The notes under the pieces are model-generated. The model ran no database searches. It saw only the letters and a list, made by a program, of their open reading frames with translations, and was not told the origin of the DNA. From positions 1,079,503 through 1,143,502 of the forward strand of contig OY762940.1 of the NCBI GenBank assembly GCA_963667255.1: a stretch of DNA of 64,000 nt. Direction: 5' to 3'. Shown here in pieces: positions 9,337-18,762 of the stretch; within the stretch, counting starts at the first letter, position 1, and each line of letters opens with the position of its first letter. This DNA comes from Candidatus Cloacimonadota bacterium. Lineage in GTDB: Bacteria > Cloacimonadota > Cloacimonadia > G963667145. A program made the translations under genes and the position numbers.

Positions 9337-11580
9337 ATGATAAATTTTAGATTTGAAGTTTCGGGCTTCTCTTTTTGTTCCAATAAAACTTATGTTTTTT
9401 CCGATGAATTTTGTTTGAAGCGAAGTCTTTATAAATTGCAGACTTCGGGGAAGATACTCGAAGGAGCTTTCATTACGCAAAGCCAATTTTTCGATAGCTT
9501 GAAGAACTCCTTGGATTTCCCCTTAATATCTCCTGAATTGAGGGAGTTAGTTTTTTGGCAAGCCTGTGCTAACGAAGATAGTTTTGAGGTCGTTTCTGAA
9601 AAAGCAAAACGGTTTTTTTCTTTTTGGAGAGAGGTTAACGGCTTGGTGTTTGAGCAAAACGAGATAGAAAAAATTTTGATTTCTAATCAGCTAAAGCGAT
9701 GGAACAGGCAATGCGGATACAGAGAGAAATATTTAGAGAAAATTAGGTCTATGGGGTTTGCAGACGATGAGGTTGAAAGCGTTGAATACAGTGCTGAGTC
9801 GCTTTATGAAACCTCGATTGTTTTTTATGATTGCTTGAATTTTACACCTAAACAAGCGAATTGGCTGAAAAATTCTGAAGAGAGAATTGAGTTCAGTTTC
9901 TCTTTTCCCGAGGCAATTTACGATAAAGAAAGATTGTGTGTTCGTGATTTTGCTGTGAAACAATTGGAGCACTTTTCTTTTCCTCGGGTCGAGATTAAGC
10001 AATACGAAGACAAATTTTTCATGGATGCTGCTTTGGTGAATGATGGAGTTAAGAGTGCTTATGGCAACTATTCTGAGCCTGCATTTAATGTTTTTGGCAG
10101 AGATTTTTTCTTAAAAAATAGGAAGAGTTTCCGCTTTTTGTCGGCTCTCAAGGGACTTATAACGGGCATCAAAAATAATAGAATCCCTTTGGAGAAGTTG
10201 TTGTCTTTGGTCTTGGTTCATTCGTGGAAAGGCGAAAGTAGTGATGCCGTTGTTATTGATAAAAACTTGGTTCTAAATCTAATAGACAGGCAGTATAAGT
10301 TTTTGTTTGGTAGTGAAATAAAGACGGAATTTCTTGCTTTTATCAAGGAGTTGAGCTCGAATTTTGATTTCTTCTTTTCATATTTGAAAAAATTGGACGA
10401 TAGCCCTATTTACCTTGAGAAAATCGATGAGTTGCTTGAGTTGACCAAAACAATTAATTTCAGTCCATTACAGGCTTTGGATTACTTCTTGTCCAAAAAT
10501 GCAAAAGAGTTGGTAGCGACTAACAAAAATAAGGTTAATATCAAACCTTTGCATATCAAGGTTTCGTTGGGAGATTTTACCGCCTATAATGCGACCGAGG
10601 GCTTCTTAAATGGCTTCTGCAAAGACGGAGATTTTTTTAGTGAAGAGCAGAAGAAAAATCTGGGACTTCTTTCCAGCGAGCAAGCTAAGAATATTCGCAA
10701 ATTTTGTTTTTTATCCCTGCTTCAATCTCACAAGAATGTTACTATTTATACTTACGAAGAGCCGATTAACAGTATTCAGATAGCTTCTGTTTTAGAGGAG
10801 TTGAGGGCTTCCGATTTGGATGTTGAGTTTACCAAATATTCTGATTTGGATTTGAAAAGGTTGCTTTCTTTGATATTGCCGAGTGAAAATAGTTATGATT
10901 TTGGGGAAGAAACCGAGTTTGTTTTCCCGTATTCTGGAGAGAAGTTGGACAATTTTTCTTATAGTGAAGCCAAGAGTTTGTTGGAAAATGCGGAGAGCTA
11001 TTACCTTAATTATGTGCTGAAGATTAGAGAGTTTAATTTGCCGTCGAGGAGTATCGAAAGCAATTTGCTGGGGGAGATTGCCCACAAGATTTTCCAGGTG
11101 TATCTTCAAAAAGGGAAGCCGGAAAATATTTCCGAAATTGCTGAAAAGGTTTTGTCCAGCTATTCTGACAAATTGCCTGACAATTATCACAAGCTATTTT
11201 TTGAAAAATATACAGTTGAGACGATAATGGAAAGTTTGCAATATTTTGTTTCTGAAGTTGAACAGGCAGTCGGCGAGTGCGAAAAAAATCTCGAAAAATA
11301 TTTTCCCGATTGTGGAATAACTTTACGGGGAAGATTGGATTATTTGACTGAAAACGCTTTGTTTGACTTCAAAACTGGCAGTAAAAATAATTTAGATCCT
11401 GCACAATTGGAGTTTTACTCTTTGCTCGCCGAAAATCTGCCAGCGTGTTTCTATCTTGTTTTTGAAAAAGAGGTAGTGCCATTTTGGGAGAAAAGAAATT
11501 ACCAGCCTATTTTATCTGCTTTAAAAGAGAAGATTAGAAGAGTGAAAACGGAAGGCTTTAAGGGAAATTACGACGAGTAG
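9337..11580 (+). CDS. PD-(D/E)XK nuclease superfamily protein (AddB/Cas4-like C-terminal nuclease domain, no helicase motifs seen)
   Basis: C-terminal GRLDYLTENALFDFKTG ... QLEFYSL resembles RecB-family nuclease motifs II/III and QxxxY; N-terminal start uncertain. Confidence 0.4.
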   Translation: MINFRFEVSGFSFCSNKTYVFSDEFCLKRSLYKLQTSGKILEGAFITQSQFFDSLKNSLDFPLISPELRELVFWQACANEDSFEVVSEKAKRFFSFWREVNGLVFEQNEIEKILISNQLKRWNRQCGYREKYLEKIRSMGFADDEVESVEYSAESLYETSIVFYDCLNFTPKQANWLKNSEERIEFSFSFPEAIYDKERLCVRDFAVKQLEHFSFPRVEIKQYEDKFFMDAALVNDGVKSAYGNYSEPAFNVFGRDFFLKNRKSFRFLSALKGLITGIKNNRIPLEKLLSLVLVHSWKGESSDAVVIDKNLVLNLIDRQYKFLFGSEIKTEFLAFIKELSSNFDFFFSYLKKLDDSPIYLEKIDELLELTKTINFSPLQALDYFLSKNAKELVATNKNKVNIKPLHIKVSLGDFTAYNATEGFLNGFCKDGDFFSEEQKKNLGLLSSEQAKNIRKFCFLSLLQSHKNVTIYTYEEPINSIQIASVLEELRASDLDVEFTKYSDLDLKRLLSLILPSENSYDFGEETEFVFPYSGEKLDNFSYSEAKSLLENAESYYLNYVLKIREFNLPSRSIESNLLGEIAHKIFQVYLQKGKPENISEIAEKVLSSYSDKLPDNYHKLFFEKYTVETIMESLQYFVSEVEQAVGECEKNLEKYFPDCGITLRGRLDYLTENALFDFKTGSKNNLDPAQLEFYSLLAENLPACFYLVFEKEVVPFWEKRNYQPILSALKEKIRRVKTEGFKGNYDE

Positions 11581-11581
11581 T

Positions 11582-12160
11582 TTATCCCATTTTTTCTTCA
11601 ATGAGAGACAATTTTGTTTCACAATCTTCTTTTGTTTTGAGGTAAATAGGCTCGGAATAGTTTGCTTCAATTCTGCTGAAAGGCTTGGGAATTATCAATC
11701 TGTCCCAAGATGATAGTCGCCAACAAGAGCTGAATCTCATCTCTATGCAGACTATGGGAATTTGTTTTTTTTGAGCAATGAAGAGAAATCCCGGTTTGCA
11801 CTGTTTGGCAGGACCTCTTGGACCATCTAAGGCGGTGGCAATTGTGTTGTCAATTTTCAGCAGAGCTTTGAGTGCAGAGACTCCGTTGTTGCCGGAGGAA
11901 CCGCGAACAGTCTCAAATCCAAGTGCTTCCAAGGGACCGGAGATTAGTTGACCGTCTTTGGATGAAGAGACCAAAACAGCCTCTCCTTCGTTTCTGTGGC
12001 AATAGGCAAGAGTGATTAAATTGCAATGCCAAAAGGCGAAAATTTTTTTCATCTCGATGGGAGGAACATTGGTTCGCACAATTCTGCAGGTCAAACAAAG
12101 AAGCTTGATTAGCCAAGCACCCAAGTGTTTTTCTAAAAAAATAAAAATTTTGTTTTTCAT
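11582..12160 (-). CDS. DUF374 / lysophospholipid acyltransferase-like protein
   Basis: FAFWHCNL ... SSKDG ... TVRGSS ... DGPRGP motif series typical of DUF374. Confidence 0.5.
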   Translation of the reverse strand: MKNKIFIFLEKHLGAWLIKLLCLTCRIVRTNVPPIEMKKIFAFWHCNLITLAYCHRNEGEAVLVSSSKDGQLISGPLEALGFETVRGSSGNNGVSALKALLKIDNTIATALDGPRGPAKQCKPGFLFIAQKKQIPIVCIEMRFSSCWRLSSWDRLIIPKPFSRIEANYSEPIYLKTKEDCETKLSLIEEKMG

Positions 12161-12397
12161 AATCTTTACTCTCTTCGAGCAATGAAATTTTGTGTCAATG
12201 AAAATCTGTTTGATGAAATCTTCACTTTTAATTTGACAAAAAATTATTTAATTAAATTAATCGAGCATGTTTCCGAGTTCACTATCTCGTAGCGATTATC
12301 AGAACCGCCGAATACTGAACCGTTAGGGCATAATTGGAAACGATTATACCTCCCGCATTTGGAAAGGAAACAAAACCAAATTAGGGAGGATTTTAGT

Positions 12398-12880
12398 ATG
12401 TCCAAGAAAAAAGTGTTGCTTTTGCAACCTGAGAAATGTGTTGATTGTCACAATTGCCAATTGGCGTGTTCTCTCGCTCATGAGGGCGTTTTTAGCCCCA
12501 CCAAATCTTGTATTTCCGTTTTAGCTTCCAAATTAAAATTTTCTGTACCTCTCACATGTTTGCAATGTAAAGAACCGGCTTGTGCGACCGTTTGCACTAC
12601 TGGAGCTTTGAGCAAAAACCAAGAAACAGGCAGAGTTGACTACGACAAGAGCAAATGTATAGGTTGCAGATTGTGTGTAGCTGCTTGTCCTTTTGGCAAT
12701 ATTTCCTATTCTACCGATGCGGGTAAAGTTTACAAGTGTGATACTTGCGACGGCGATCCTTCATGTGCCAAAGTTTGCCCAACAGGAGCTATCTCTTGGG
12801 TTGATGAAAATGAAGAGACTTTGGAGAGGAAAAAAGTTATTTCGGAAAAGTTGCTTCAAGCTTTTGGGATGGAGGTGTAA
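12398..12880 (+). CDS. 4Fe-4S dicluster ferredoxin-type electron-transfer subunit
   Basis: Several CxxCxxCxxxCP motifs (CVDCHNCQLAC, CLQCKEPACATVC, CIGCRLCVAACP, CDTCDGDPSCAKVCP); RBS gggagg 8 nt upstream of ATG 12398; stop 1 nt before AOR start. Confidence 0.8.
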   Translation: MSKKKVLLLQPEKCVDCHNCQLACSLAHEGVFSPTKSCISVLASKLKFSVPLTCLQCKEPACATVCTTGALSKNQETGRVDYDKSKCIGCRLCVAACPFGNISYSTDAGKVYKCDTCDGDPSCAKVCPTGAISWVDENEETLERKKVISEKLLQAFGMEV

Positions 12881-12881
12881 G

Positions 12882-14699
12882 ATGAATGCATGGACAGGAA
12901 AAGTTTTAAGAGTTAATTTGACTAAAGGCTTGGTTGAAGTCGAAAAATTGAATTTCGATTTTGCCAAAAACTACATTGGCGGTAGAGGCTTGGGTGTCAG
13001 ATATTTTGTGAACGAAGTATCGCCCAAAGTTGATCCGCTTTCCGCAGAAAACAAACTGATTTTTGCTACTGGTCCGTTGACTGGATGTATGGGAGCTTCT
13101 ACGGGAAGATATGAGGTTGTGACTAAATCTCCTTTGACAGGAACTATTGCTGGTTCAAACTCGGGTGGACATTTCGGCCCAGAATTGAAATATGCTGGAT
13201 ACGATATGGTGATTTTCGAAGGCAAATCCCCCAAACCGGTTTATTTGAGTATTGATGATGACAAAGTTGAACTTCGCTCTGCTGAAGAACTTTGGGGGAA
13301 AGATGTCCCCACTACTACCGACACGATTGTGCAAGCTACTTCTCCAAGTGCCAAAGTTTGCTGTATAGGTCTTGCCGGAGAAAAAATGGCTTTGCTTGCT
13401 TGTATAATGAACGACAAGGACAGAGCTGCCGGAAGAACAGGTCTTGGTGCAGTGATGGGTTCTAAAAATCTCAAGGCTATTGCTGTGCACGGAACTGGCA
13501 ATGTAATTCCAGCAGATGCTAAAAAAGCCCTTGATGTGACTATTGATGTTATCGGGAAATTGAAGGCTCACCCCGTTGGTGGAACAGGTCTTCCTACTTA
13601 CGGGACCAACATTTTGGTCAATATCATCAATGAATCTGGTGGTTTCCCTACTCGCAACTTTACGGATGCTCAATTTGCAACCGCCAACAAAATTGGTGGA
13701 GAGTCTTTGGCGGATAAGCAATTGGTTAAGAAAAAATCTTGTTTCGGTTGTCCTATCTCTTGCGGTCGGGTTTGCAAGGTCACTAACGAAAAATATGCTG
13801 GATATGGTGAAGGACCTGAATACGAAAGTGCTTGGTCTTTCGGTGGAGAGTGCGGTGTTGACAATCTTGATGCCGTGGTTAAGGCGAATTTCATTTGTAA
13901 CGAGAATGGTTTGGATACGATTTCCATCGGTTCTACTATCGGTTGTTTGATGGAGATGTATGAAGCAGGTTTGGTAAAAAAAGAGGATATAGGCTTTGAA
14001 ATCGGTTTTGGCGATGAAGAAGCTATGGTTAAATTGGTAAGTATGGCAGCTAATTTGGAAGGAATTGGGAAATTGATTGCCCAAGGTTCTTACAGATTGT
14101 CCGAAAAATTTGGCGACACCAGTTATTCAATGAGTGTGAAAAAACTTGAAATGCCGGCTTACGACCCCCGAGCTATTCAAGGTATAGGTTTAAACTATGC
14201 CACTTCGAATAACGGTGCCGCCCATGTTAGAGGCTACACTATCTCTCCTGAGGTTTTGGGTGTGCCACAAAAAATCGACCAATTTACCACCGAAGCCAAA
14301 GAGGTTTGGGTAAAAGGTTTCCAAGATTTGACTGCTTGTATAGATTCTTCAGGAATTTGCTTGTTCACTACTTTTGGTCTTGGAGCTCCTGAGATTGCCG
14401 ATCAACTTGCTGCCAATACCGGCTTGGATTACACAGCCGACAGTATCGTGGCTATCGGAGAGAGAATACACAACTTGGAGAGATTGTTCAATCTCAAGGC
14501 TGGGATTACTCCTGCTGATGATACTCTTCCCAAGAGAATGTTCGAGTTGCCGGTGATAACAGGACCAGCCAAAGGCAATACCAGTAAAGTAAAGGAAATG
14601 CTTCCTGCTTATTATAAATTACGAGGTTGGGGGAATGATGGTATTCCTTCCAAAGATAAATTGAAAGAATTGGAGTTATCAGAAATTAAATTTCTCTAA
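12882..14699 (+). CDS. aor: Aldehyde:ferredoxin oxidoreductase family (tungsten-cofactor type) catalytic subunit
   Basis: N-terminal MNAWTGKVLRVNLTKG...GGRGLG typical AOR start, about 605 aa, pterin/4Fe-4S binding Cys pattern (CFGCPISCGR). Confidence 0.85.
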   Translation: MNAWTGKVLRVNLTKGLVEVEKLNFDFAKNYIGGRGLGVRYFVNEVSPKVDPLSAENKLIFATGPLTGCMGASTGRYEVVTKSPLTGTIAGSNSGGHFGPELKYAGYDMVIFEGKSPKPVYLSIDDDKVELRSAEELWGKDVPTTTDTIVQATSPSAKVCCIGLAGEKMALLACIMNDKDRAAGRTGLGAVMGSKNLKAIAVHGTGNVIPADAKKALDVTIDVIGKLKAHPVGGTGLPTYGTNILVNIINESGGFPTRNFTDAQFATANKIGGESLADKQLVKKKSCFGCPISCGRVCKVTNEKYAGYGEGPEYESAWSFGGECGVDNLDAVVKANFICNENGLDTISIGSTIGCLMEMYEAGLVKKEDIGFEIGFGDEEAMVKLVSMAANLEGIGKLIAQGSYRLSEKFGDTSYSMSVKKLEMPAYDPRAIQGIGLNYATSNNGAAHVRGYTISPEVLGVPQKIDQFTTEAKEVWVKGFQDLTACIDSSGICLFTTFGLGAPEIADQLAANTGLDYTADSIVAIGERIHNLERLFNLKAGITPADDTLPKRMFELPVITGPAKGNTSKVKEMLPAYYKLRGWGNDGIPSKDKLKELELSEIKFL

Positions 14700-14708
14700 T
14701 TGATTTGA

Positions 14709-14750
14709 GACGGAGCTCTGTATTAATTGCAGAGTTCCGTTTTCTTTATT
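14709..14750 (+). terminator. Hairpin plus T-tract downstream of aor (possible terminator/attenuator before nuoE-like gene)
   Basis: gacggagctctg...cagagttccgt imperfect inverted repeat followed by tttctttatt. Confidence 0.4.
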
Positions 14751-14773
14751 AAAAAAAGCTAAAGGATTTTTAA

Positions 14774-15226
14774 ATGGATGAAATATTATCTCGGTATAAA
14801 AAACCTTCCGATGTGATTGCGGTTCTGCAAGATACACAAGAAAAATTTTCTTATCTTTCCGAAGAAAATTTACGAAAAATCAGCCAACACTACCAAATTT
14901 CTTATGCTTATTTGCATTCCATAGTAACCTTTTACAAAGCTTTTTCGTTGGTGAAAAAGGGCAAAAATGTTATTAGGGTGTGTGATGGCACGGCTTGTCA
15001 TATAAAAGGTTCGGTCAAAATTTTGGAAGAACTTCACCGATTGCTGGGCATTAATCCTGGGCAGACAACTGCCGATGAAATGTTTTCCGTGGAAACTGTA
15101 GCTTGCCTTGGTGTGTGTGCGATTGCTCCGGTTATGCTGATAAACGACAAATATTACGGAAATTTGCAAATGGGAGAAATCAGCGGAATAGTTGAAAGCT
15201 ATAAAAAGCAGGAGTCGGAAAAATGA
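14774..15226 (+). CDS. NuoE/HoxE-like [2Fe-2S] thioredoxin-like subunit
   Basis: CDGTACH ... CLGVCAIAPV cysteine motif of NuoE family; overlaps downstream gene by ATGA. Confidence 0.8.
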   Translation: MDEILSRYKKPSDVIAVLQDTQEKFSYLSEENLRKISQHYQISYAYLHSIVTFYKAFSLVKKGKNVIRVCDGTACHIKGSVKILEELHRLLGINPGQTTADEMFSVETVACLGVCAIAPVMLINDKYYGNLQMGEISGIVESYKKQESEK

Positions 15227-16995
15227 AAACTATTTATGTATGTTACGGAACAGGTTGCAAAGCCGGTGGTGGTGGTCCTATATCCGATAAATTTGCTGCT
15301 TTGTGCCGAGATAACGAAGTGCGGGTAAAGAGAACCGGTTGCCACGGTTTGTGCCAAGAAGGTCCCTTGGTTCACATCTCTCCCGACGAGATAACTTACA
15401 CCAAAGTCAAAGTGGAAGATGTTCAGGAGATTGTTGAAAAAACGATTAGGAATAACGAGGTTGTCGAGAGATTGCTTTACATCGACAAGGCTCAAAAAAA
15501 ACGGGTAAAATCCAAAAATGATTGGTCTTTTTGTAGCAAGCAAAAACGAGTTGTTTTAAAAGAAGTGGGCGAGATTGACCCTCAAAAAATAGAAGACTAT
15601 TTGCAAGCTGGTGGCTACAAGGCACTCAAAAAAGCTTTGGAAATTGGTAGTCAACAGATTTTGCAAGAAGTAAACGATTCCGGTTTGCGAGGTAGAGGTG
15701 GTGGAGGTTTCCATACCGGTAGGAAGTGGAACTCTGTTGCTAAAGCCACAGGTGAACAAAAATTCGTTTTGTGCAACGGAGACGAGGGCGACCCGGGTGC
15801 TTTTATGGACAGGAGCATCATGGAGGGTAATCCTCATTTGGTTTTGGAAGGAATGGCTATCGCAGCTGTCGCCGTGGGAGCGAGTAGAGGCTATGTGTAT
15901 GTGCGAAACGAATATCCTATGGCAGTTGAGCATCTGCAAATGGCTATCGATAGTGCCGAGGGAAAAGGGTATTTGGGACAGAATATTTTGGGTAGCGGTT
16001 TCAATCTGAAAATCGAAATTAAGCGAGGTGCCGGTGCTTTTGTTTGTGGAGAGTCTTCGGCTCTGATGCGGTCAATTGAGGGTAAAATCGGTCAGCCCAA
16101 CGAAAAGCACATTCATGCTTCGGACAAAGGTGTGTTTGAAAGCCCAACACTTCTGAACAATGTGGAGACTTATGCCAATGTTCCTACCATAATTTTGGGT
16201 GGAGGAAAAGCTTATGCAGCAACTGGAACGAAAAAATCCCCGGGAACAAAAGTCTTTTCACTGGTCGGCAAAGTGGTAAACACTGGTCTGATAGAAGTGG
16301 AAATGGGTGTGAGCTTGCGAGAAATTATTTTTGATATCGGAGGTGGTATAAAAAACGGCAGAAAGTTCAAGGCGGTGCAAACAGGCGGTCCTTCAGGCGG
16401 TTGCCTTACCGCTGACCATCTTGATGTGAAAATCGACTTTGACACACTCATCGAATACGGCTCAATGATGGGCTCAGGTGGAATGATTATCATGGACGAG
16501 TTTGACTGTATGGTGGAGGTTGCTCGCTATTTCACGGGATTTCTCATTGAAGAGTCTTGTGGCAGATGCACTCCATGCAGAGACGGACTTTTGCAGGTTT
16601 ACAAAATTTTGGACAGGATTAGCAAAGGCGAAGGCAAAATGGAAGATTTGGACACTTTGGAAGAGTTCGGACAATACTTGGAATCTTCGGCCTTGTGTGG
16701 CTTGGGCAAATCCGCAGCCAATCCTTTTTTATCAACTTTAAAATATTTCCGCCACGAATTTGTGGAACACATTGAACAAAAATTTTGCCGAGCCGGAGTT
16801 TGTAAGGAACTTTCGACTTTTGTAATTGACGAAGAAAAGTGCAAGAGTTGCGGAATGTGTGCCAAGGTTTGTTCGTTTGGAGCAATCCAAGTTGACGGCA
16901 AAAAATACAGCATCGACCAGTCAAAATGTATGAAATGCAGGGCTTGTTTGGAAGCTTGTAAATTCGGAGCTGTGAGCATAGCAGGGAGGCAATAA
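15223..16995 (+). CDS. NuoF-like NAD(H)-binding flavoprotein subunit with extra N-terminal 2Fe-2S and C-terminal 2x[4Fe-4S] domains
   Basis: GLRGRGGGGFHTGRKW FMN/NADH motif, ESCGRCTPCRDG 4Fe-4S motif, C-terminal CKSCGMCAKVC / CMKCRACLEACKFGA. Confidence 0.85.
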   Translation: MKTIYVCYGTGCKAGGGGPISDKFAALCRDNEVRVKRTGCHGLCQEGPLVHISPDEITYTKVKVEDVQEIVEKTIRNNEVVERLLYIDKAQKKRVKSKNDWSFCSKQKRVVLKEVGEIDPQKIEDYLQAGGYKALKKALEIGSQQILQEVNDSGLRGRGGGGFHTGRKWNSVAKATGEQKFVLCNGDEGDPGAFMDRSIMEGNPHLVLEGMAIAAVAVGASRGYVYVRNEYPMAVEHLQMAIDSAEGKGYLGQNILGSGFNLKIEIKRGAGAFVCGESSALMRSIEGKIGQPNEKHIHASDKGVFESPTLLNNVETYANVPTIILGGGKAYAATGTKKSPGTKVFSLVGKVVNTGLIEVEMGVSLREIIFDIGGGIKNGRKFKAVQTGGPSGGCLTADHLDVKIDFDTLIEYGSMMGSGGMIIMDEFDCMVEVARYFTGFLIEESCGRCTPCRDGLLQVYKILDRISKGEGKMEDLDTLEEFGQYLESSALCGLGKSAANPFLSTLKYFRHEFVEHIEQKFCRAGVCKELSTFVIDEEKCKSCGMCAKVCSFGAIQVDGKKYSIDQSKCMKCRACLEACKFGAVSIAGRQ

Positions 16996-17741
16996 TGAAA
17001 ATTTTTATAAACGACAAAGAATGTTCCGCTTGCAAAGGGCAAACTTTATTGCAAGTTGCTCTGGATAACGGCTTTTATATCCCGACTTTGTGCCACAATA
17101 AAGAGCTTGGAAACTATGCGGGCTGTAGATTGTGTGTGGCTGAACTTCGCGAGGGAGATTGGAGCAAGTTGGTCGCTTCCTGTGAGTTTCCGGTCAAAGA
17201 TGGACAAACTTTTTATTTGGATACAGAGAATGTTAAGAAATCGCGAGATTTGTCGGCAAGTCTGCTTTTGGCAAGGTCTCCGGAGTCCAAAAAAGTTTTA
17301 GATGAGATTATGCGAAAAGATGTGGAGATGAGATTTGAGCCGATGACACCGCATTTGGAAGGTTGTATTCTTTGCGGAAAGTGTTATAGGGCTTGTCAAA
17401 AATTGGGAACGGGAGCAATTTCCACCATCAATAGAGGTCACGAAATCACCGTGGAAACTCCGTATGAACAAGGGAATCCCGATTGTATTGGCTGTCTTGC
17501 TTGTGCCGAGGCTTGTCCTACAGGTGCGATTAAGGTTTTCAGGTCGAAAACTCAAGTTGGTATTTGGCATCTTACTCACGAATTGCTTGCTTGTCCGATG
17601 TGTGGCAAGAGACATATCACGCAAAAATCTTTGGATTTCTTTAGTAAAAAAACAGGAATCCCAAGCGAAGAATTGATTATTTGTCCCGATTGTCGCCAGA
17701 AAAAAACCTCAATGGATCTTCTGTCAGGAATTTCCAGATGA
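16995..17741 (+). CDS. NuoG N-terminal-like / HydA-N-like 2Fe-2S plus 4Fe-4S ferredoxin subunit
   Basis: Plant-type 2Fe-2S pattern (CHNKELGNYAGCRLCVAE), His-ligated cluster region, CIGCLACAEACPTGA. Confidence 0.6.
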   Translation: MKIFINDKECSACKGQTLLQVALDNGFYIPTLCHNKELGNYAGCRLCVAELREGDWSKLVASCEFPVKDGQTFYLDTENVKKSRDLSASLLLARSPESKKVLDEIMRKDVEMRFEPMTPHLEGCILCGKCYRACQKLGTGAISTINRGHEITVETPYEQGNPDCIGCLACAEACPTGAIKVFRSKTQVGIWHLTHELLACPMCGKRHITQKSLDFFSKKTGIPSEELIICPDCRQKKTSMDLLSGISR

Positions 17742-17962
17742 GTATAACCCTCAAACTTTTTGCATATTTCAGGGATAATAGAGGCGAAGTTTTGCAAATA
17801 GAATTCAGCGAAGGAATGCGACCTTCGGACTTGTGTAAGAAAATAAAGCTCGATTTAGACGAAGTCTCCATTCTTTTGGTAAATGGTGTCTATACCAAAG
17901 AAGACCCGATACTTAAAGATGGAGATTTGGTTTCTATGTTCCCCGCTGTTGGTGGCGGTTAG
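17738..17962 (+). CDS. moaD: MoaD/ThiS-family sulfur carrier protein
   Basis: About 74 aa ending in diglycine (AVGGG); ATG overlaps upstream stop (ATGA). Confidence 0.6.
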   Translation: MSITLKLFAYFRDNRGEVLQIEFSEGMRPSDLCKKIKLDLDEVSILLVNGVYTKEDPILKDGDLVSMFPAVGGG

Positions 17963-17975
17963 GAAAATTTATTTG

Positions 17976-18626
17976 CTACTCTTCTTCCAAATCTATTTCA
18001 ATTTTTAAAGATTTTATCTCGTCAATTTTCTTCAAGTTTTTGGCATAAGCCAAAATCACATCGGCAAAAGTTTTGCTGACATAGTCAATCATCGGCACGA
18101 CTTTTCCGTTGACACTCAAAGAGATTTTCATCTTGCTTTCTCTGTTGCCTTTGCACATCATTTTGAATATTTTCTCCGAATTTTTTGTGGCATCTATCAA
18201 TTTATAGTTCCCAATCTCTTGTTTTCCACTTTGTGAGCAAACTCCCGAATAACACACAATATTGCTAAAATCAATATCTTTCAAATCGGCTTCATCTTTT
18301 AGGCAAACCACTTTTTCATAATCAGAATCTTTAAAACCTTCTAAAATCAAAAAATCTGTTTTAGCTTCGTTTACGATTTTTGATAAAGACTTTTCCTCAT
18401 TGCTTACCGAAAAACAGATTTTGGGACTGCTCCCGATTACTTTGTCCGCACCTGCTTTGAGAGCTTTATCTGTATCCGTATTTTCTTCATCAAAAGTTAT
18501 ATTTTCGCAATGAATATCTTTGGCATAAGTGACCGAAAATCCTTTATTTTTCAGATTTTTAATCAAGTTGATGGAAGTTGTCGTTTTACCCGATTTACTA
18601 AACCCGCAAACATTGATAATTTTCAT
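17976..18626 (-). CDS. MobB-like P-loop protein (molybdopterin-guanine dinucleotide biosynthesis adapter family) with C-terminal extension
   Basis: N-terminal MKIINVCGFSKSGKTTT P-loop as in MobB. Confidence 0.5.
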   Translation of the reverse strand: MKIINVCGFSKSGKTTTSINLIKNLKNKGFSVTYAKDIHCENITFDEENTDTDKALKAGADKVIGSSPKICFSVSNEEKSLSKIVNEAKTDFLILEGFKDSDYEKVVCLKDEADLKDIDFSNIVCYSGVCSQSGKQEIGNYKLIDATKNSEKIFKMMCKGNRESKMKISLSVNGKVVPMIDYVSKTFADVILAYAKNLKKIDEIKSLKIEIDLEEE

Positions 18627-18762
18627 AATTTTATTCCTTTTATTCTTTGTTTAAATTCAGATTATCTCATTCAATTTCGTGAAAATACAAATTGTTTTTT
18701 CTATTATAAAAATGTAAATTTATTTCTTGACTTTAATTAGATTTTACTTGTAATTAGTTCGT

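Noticed and set aside
12359-12397. Upstream start for the ferredoxin gene at 12359 (ORF-track start)
   Set aside because: A strong SD (gggagg) sits 8 nt before the ATG at 12398, and the upstream codons overlap the putative leader hairpin.
13155-14084. 309-aa ORF on the minus strand
   Set aside because: Lies entirely inside the AOR coding region on the opposite strand; no RBS or motifs.
16599-17042. Two overlapping minus-strand ORFs (147 and 138 aa)
   Set aside because: Antisense to the NuoF-like gene C-terminus; Cys-rich only because they mirror the Fe-S cluster codons.
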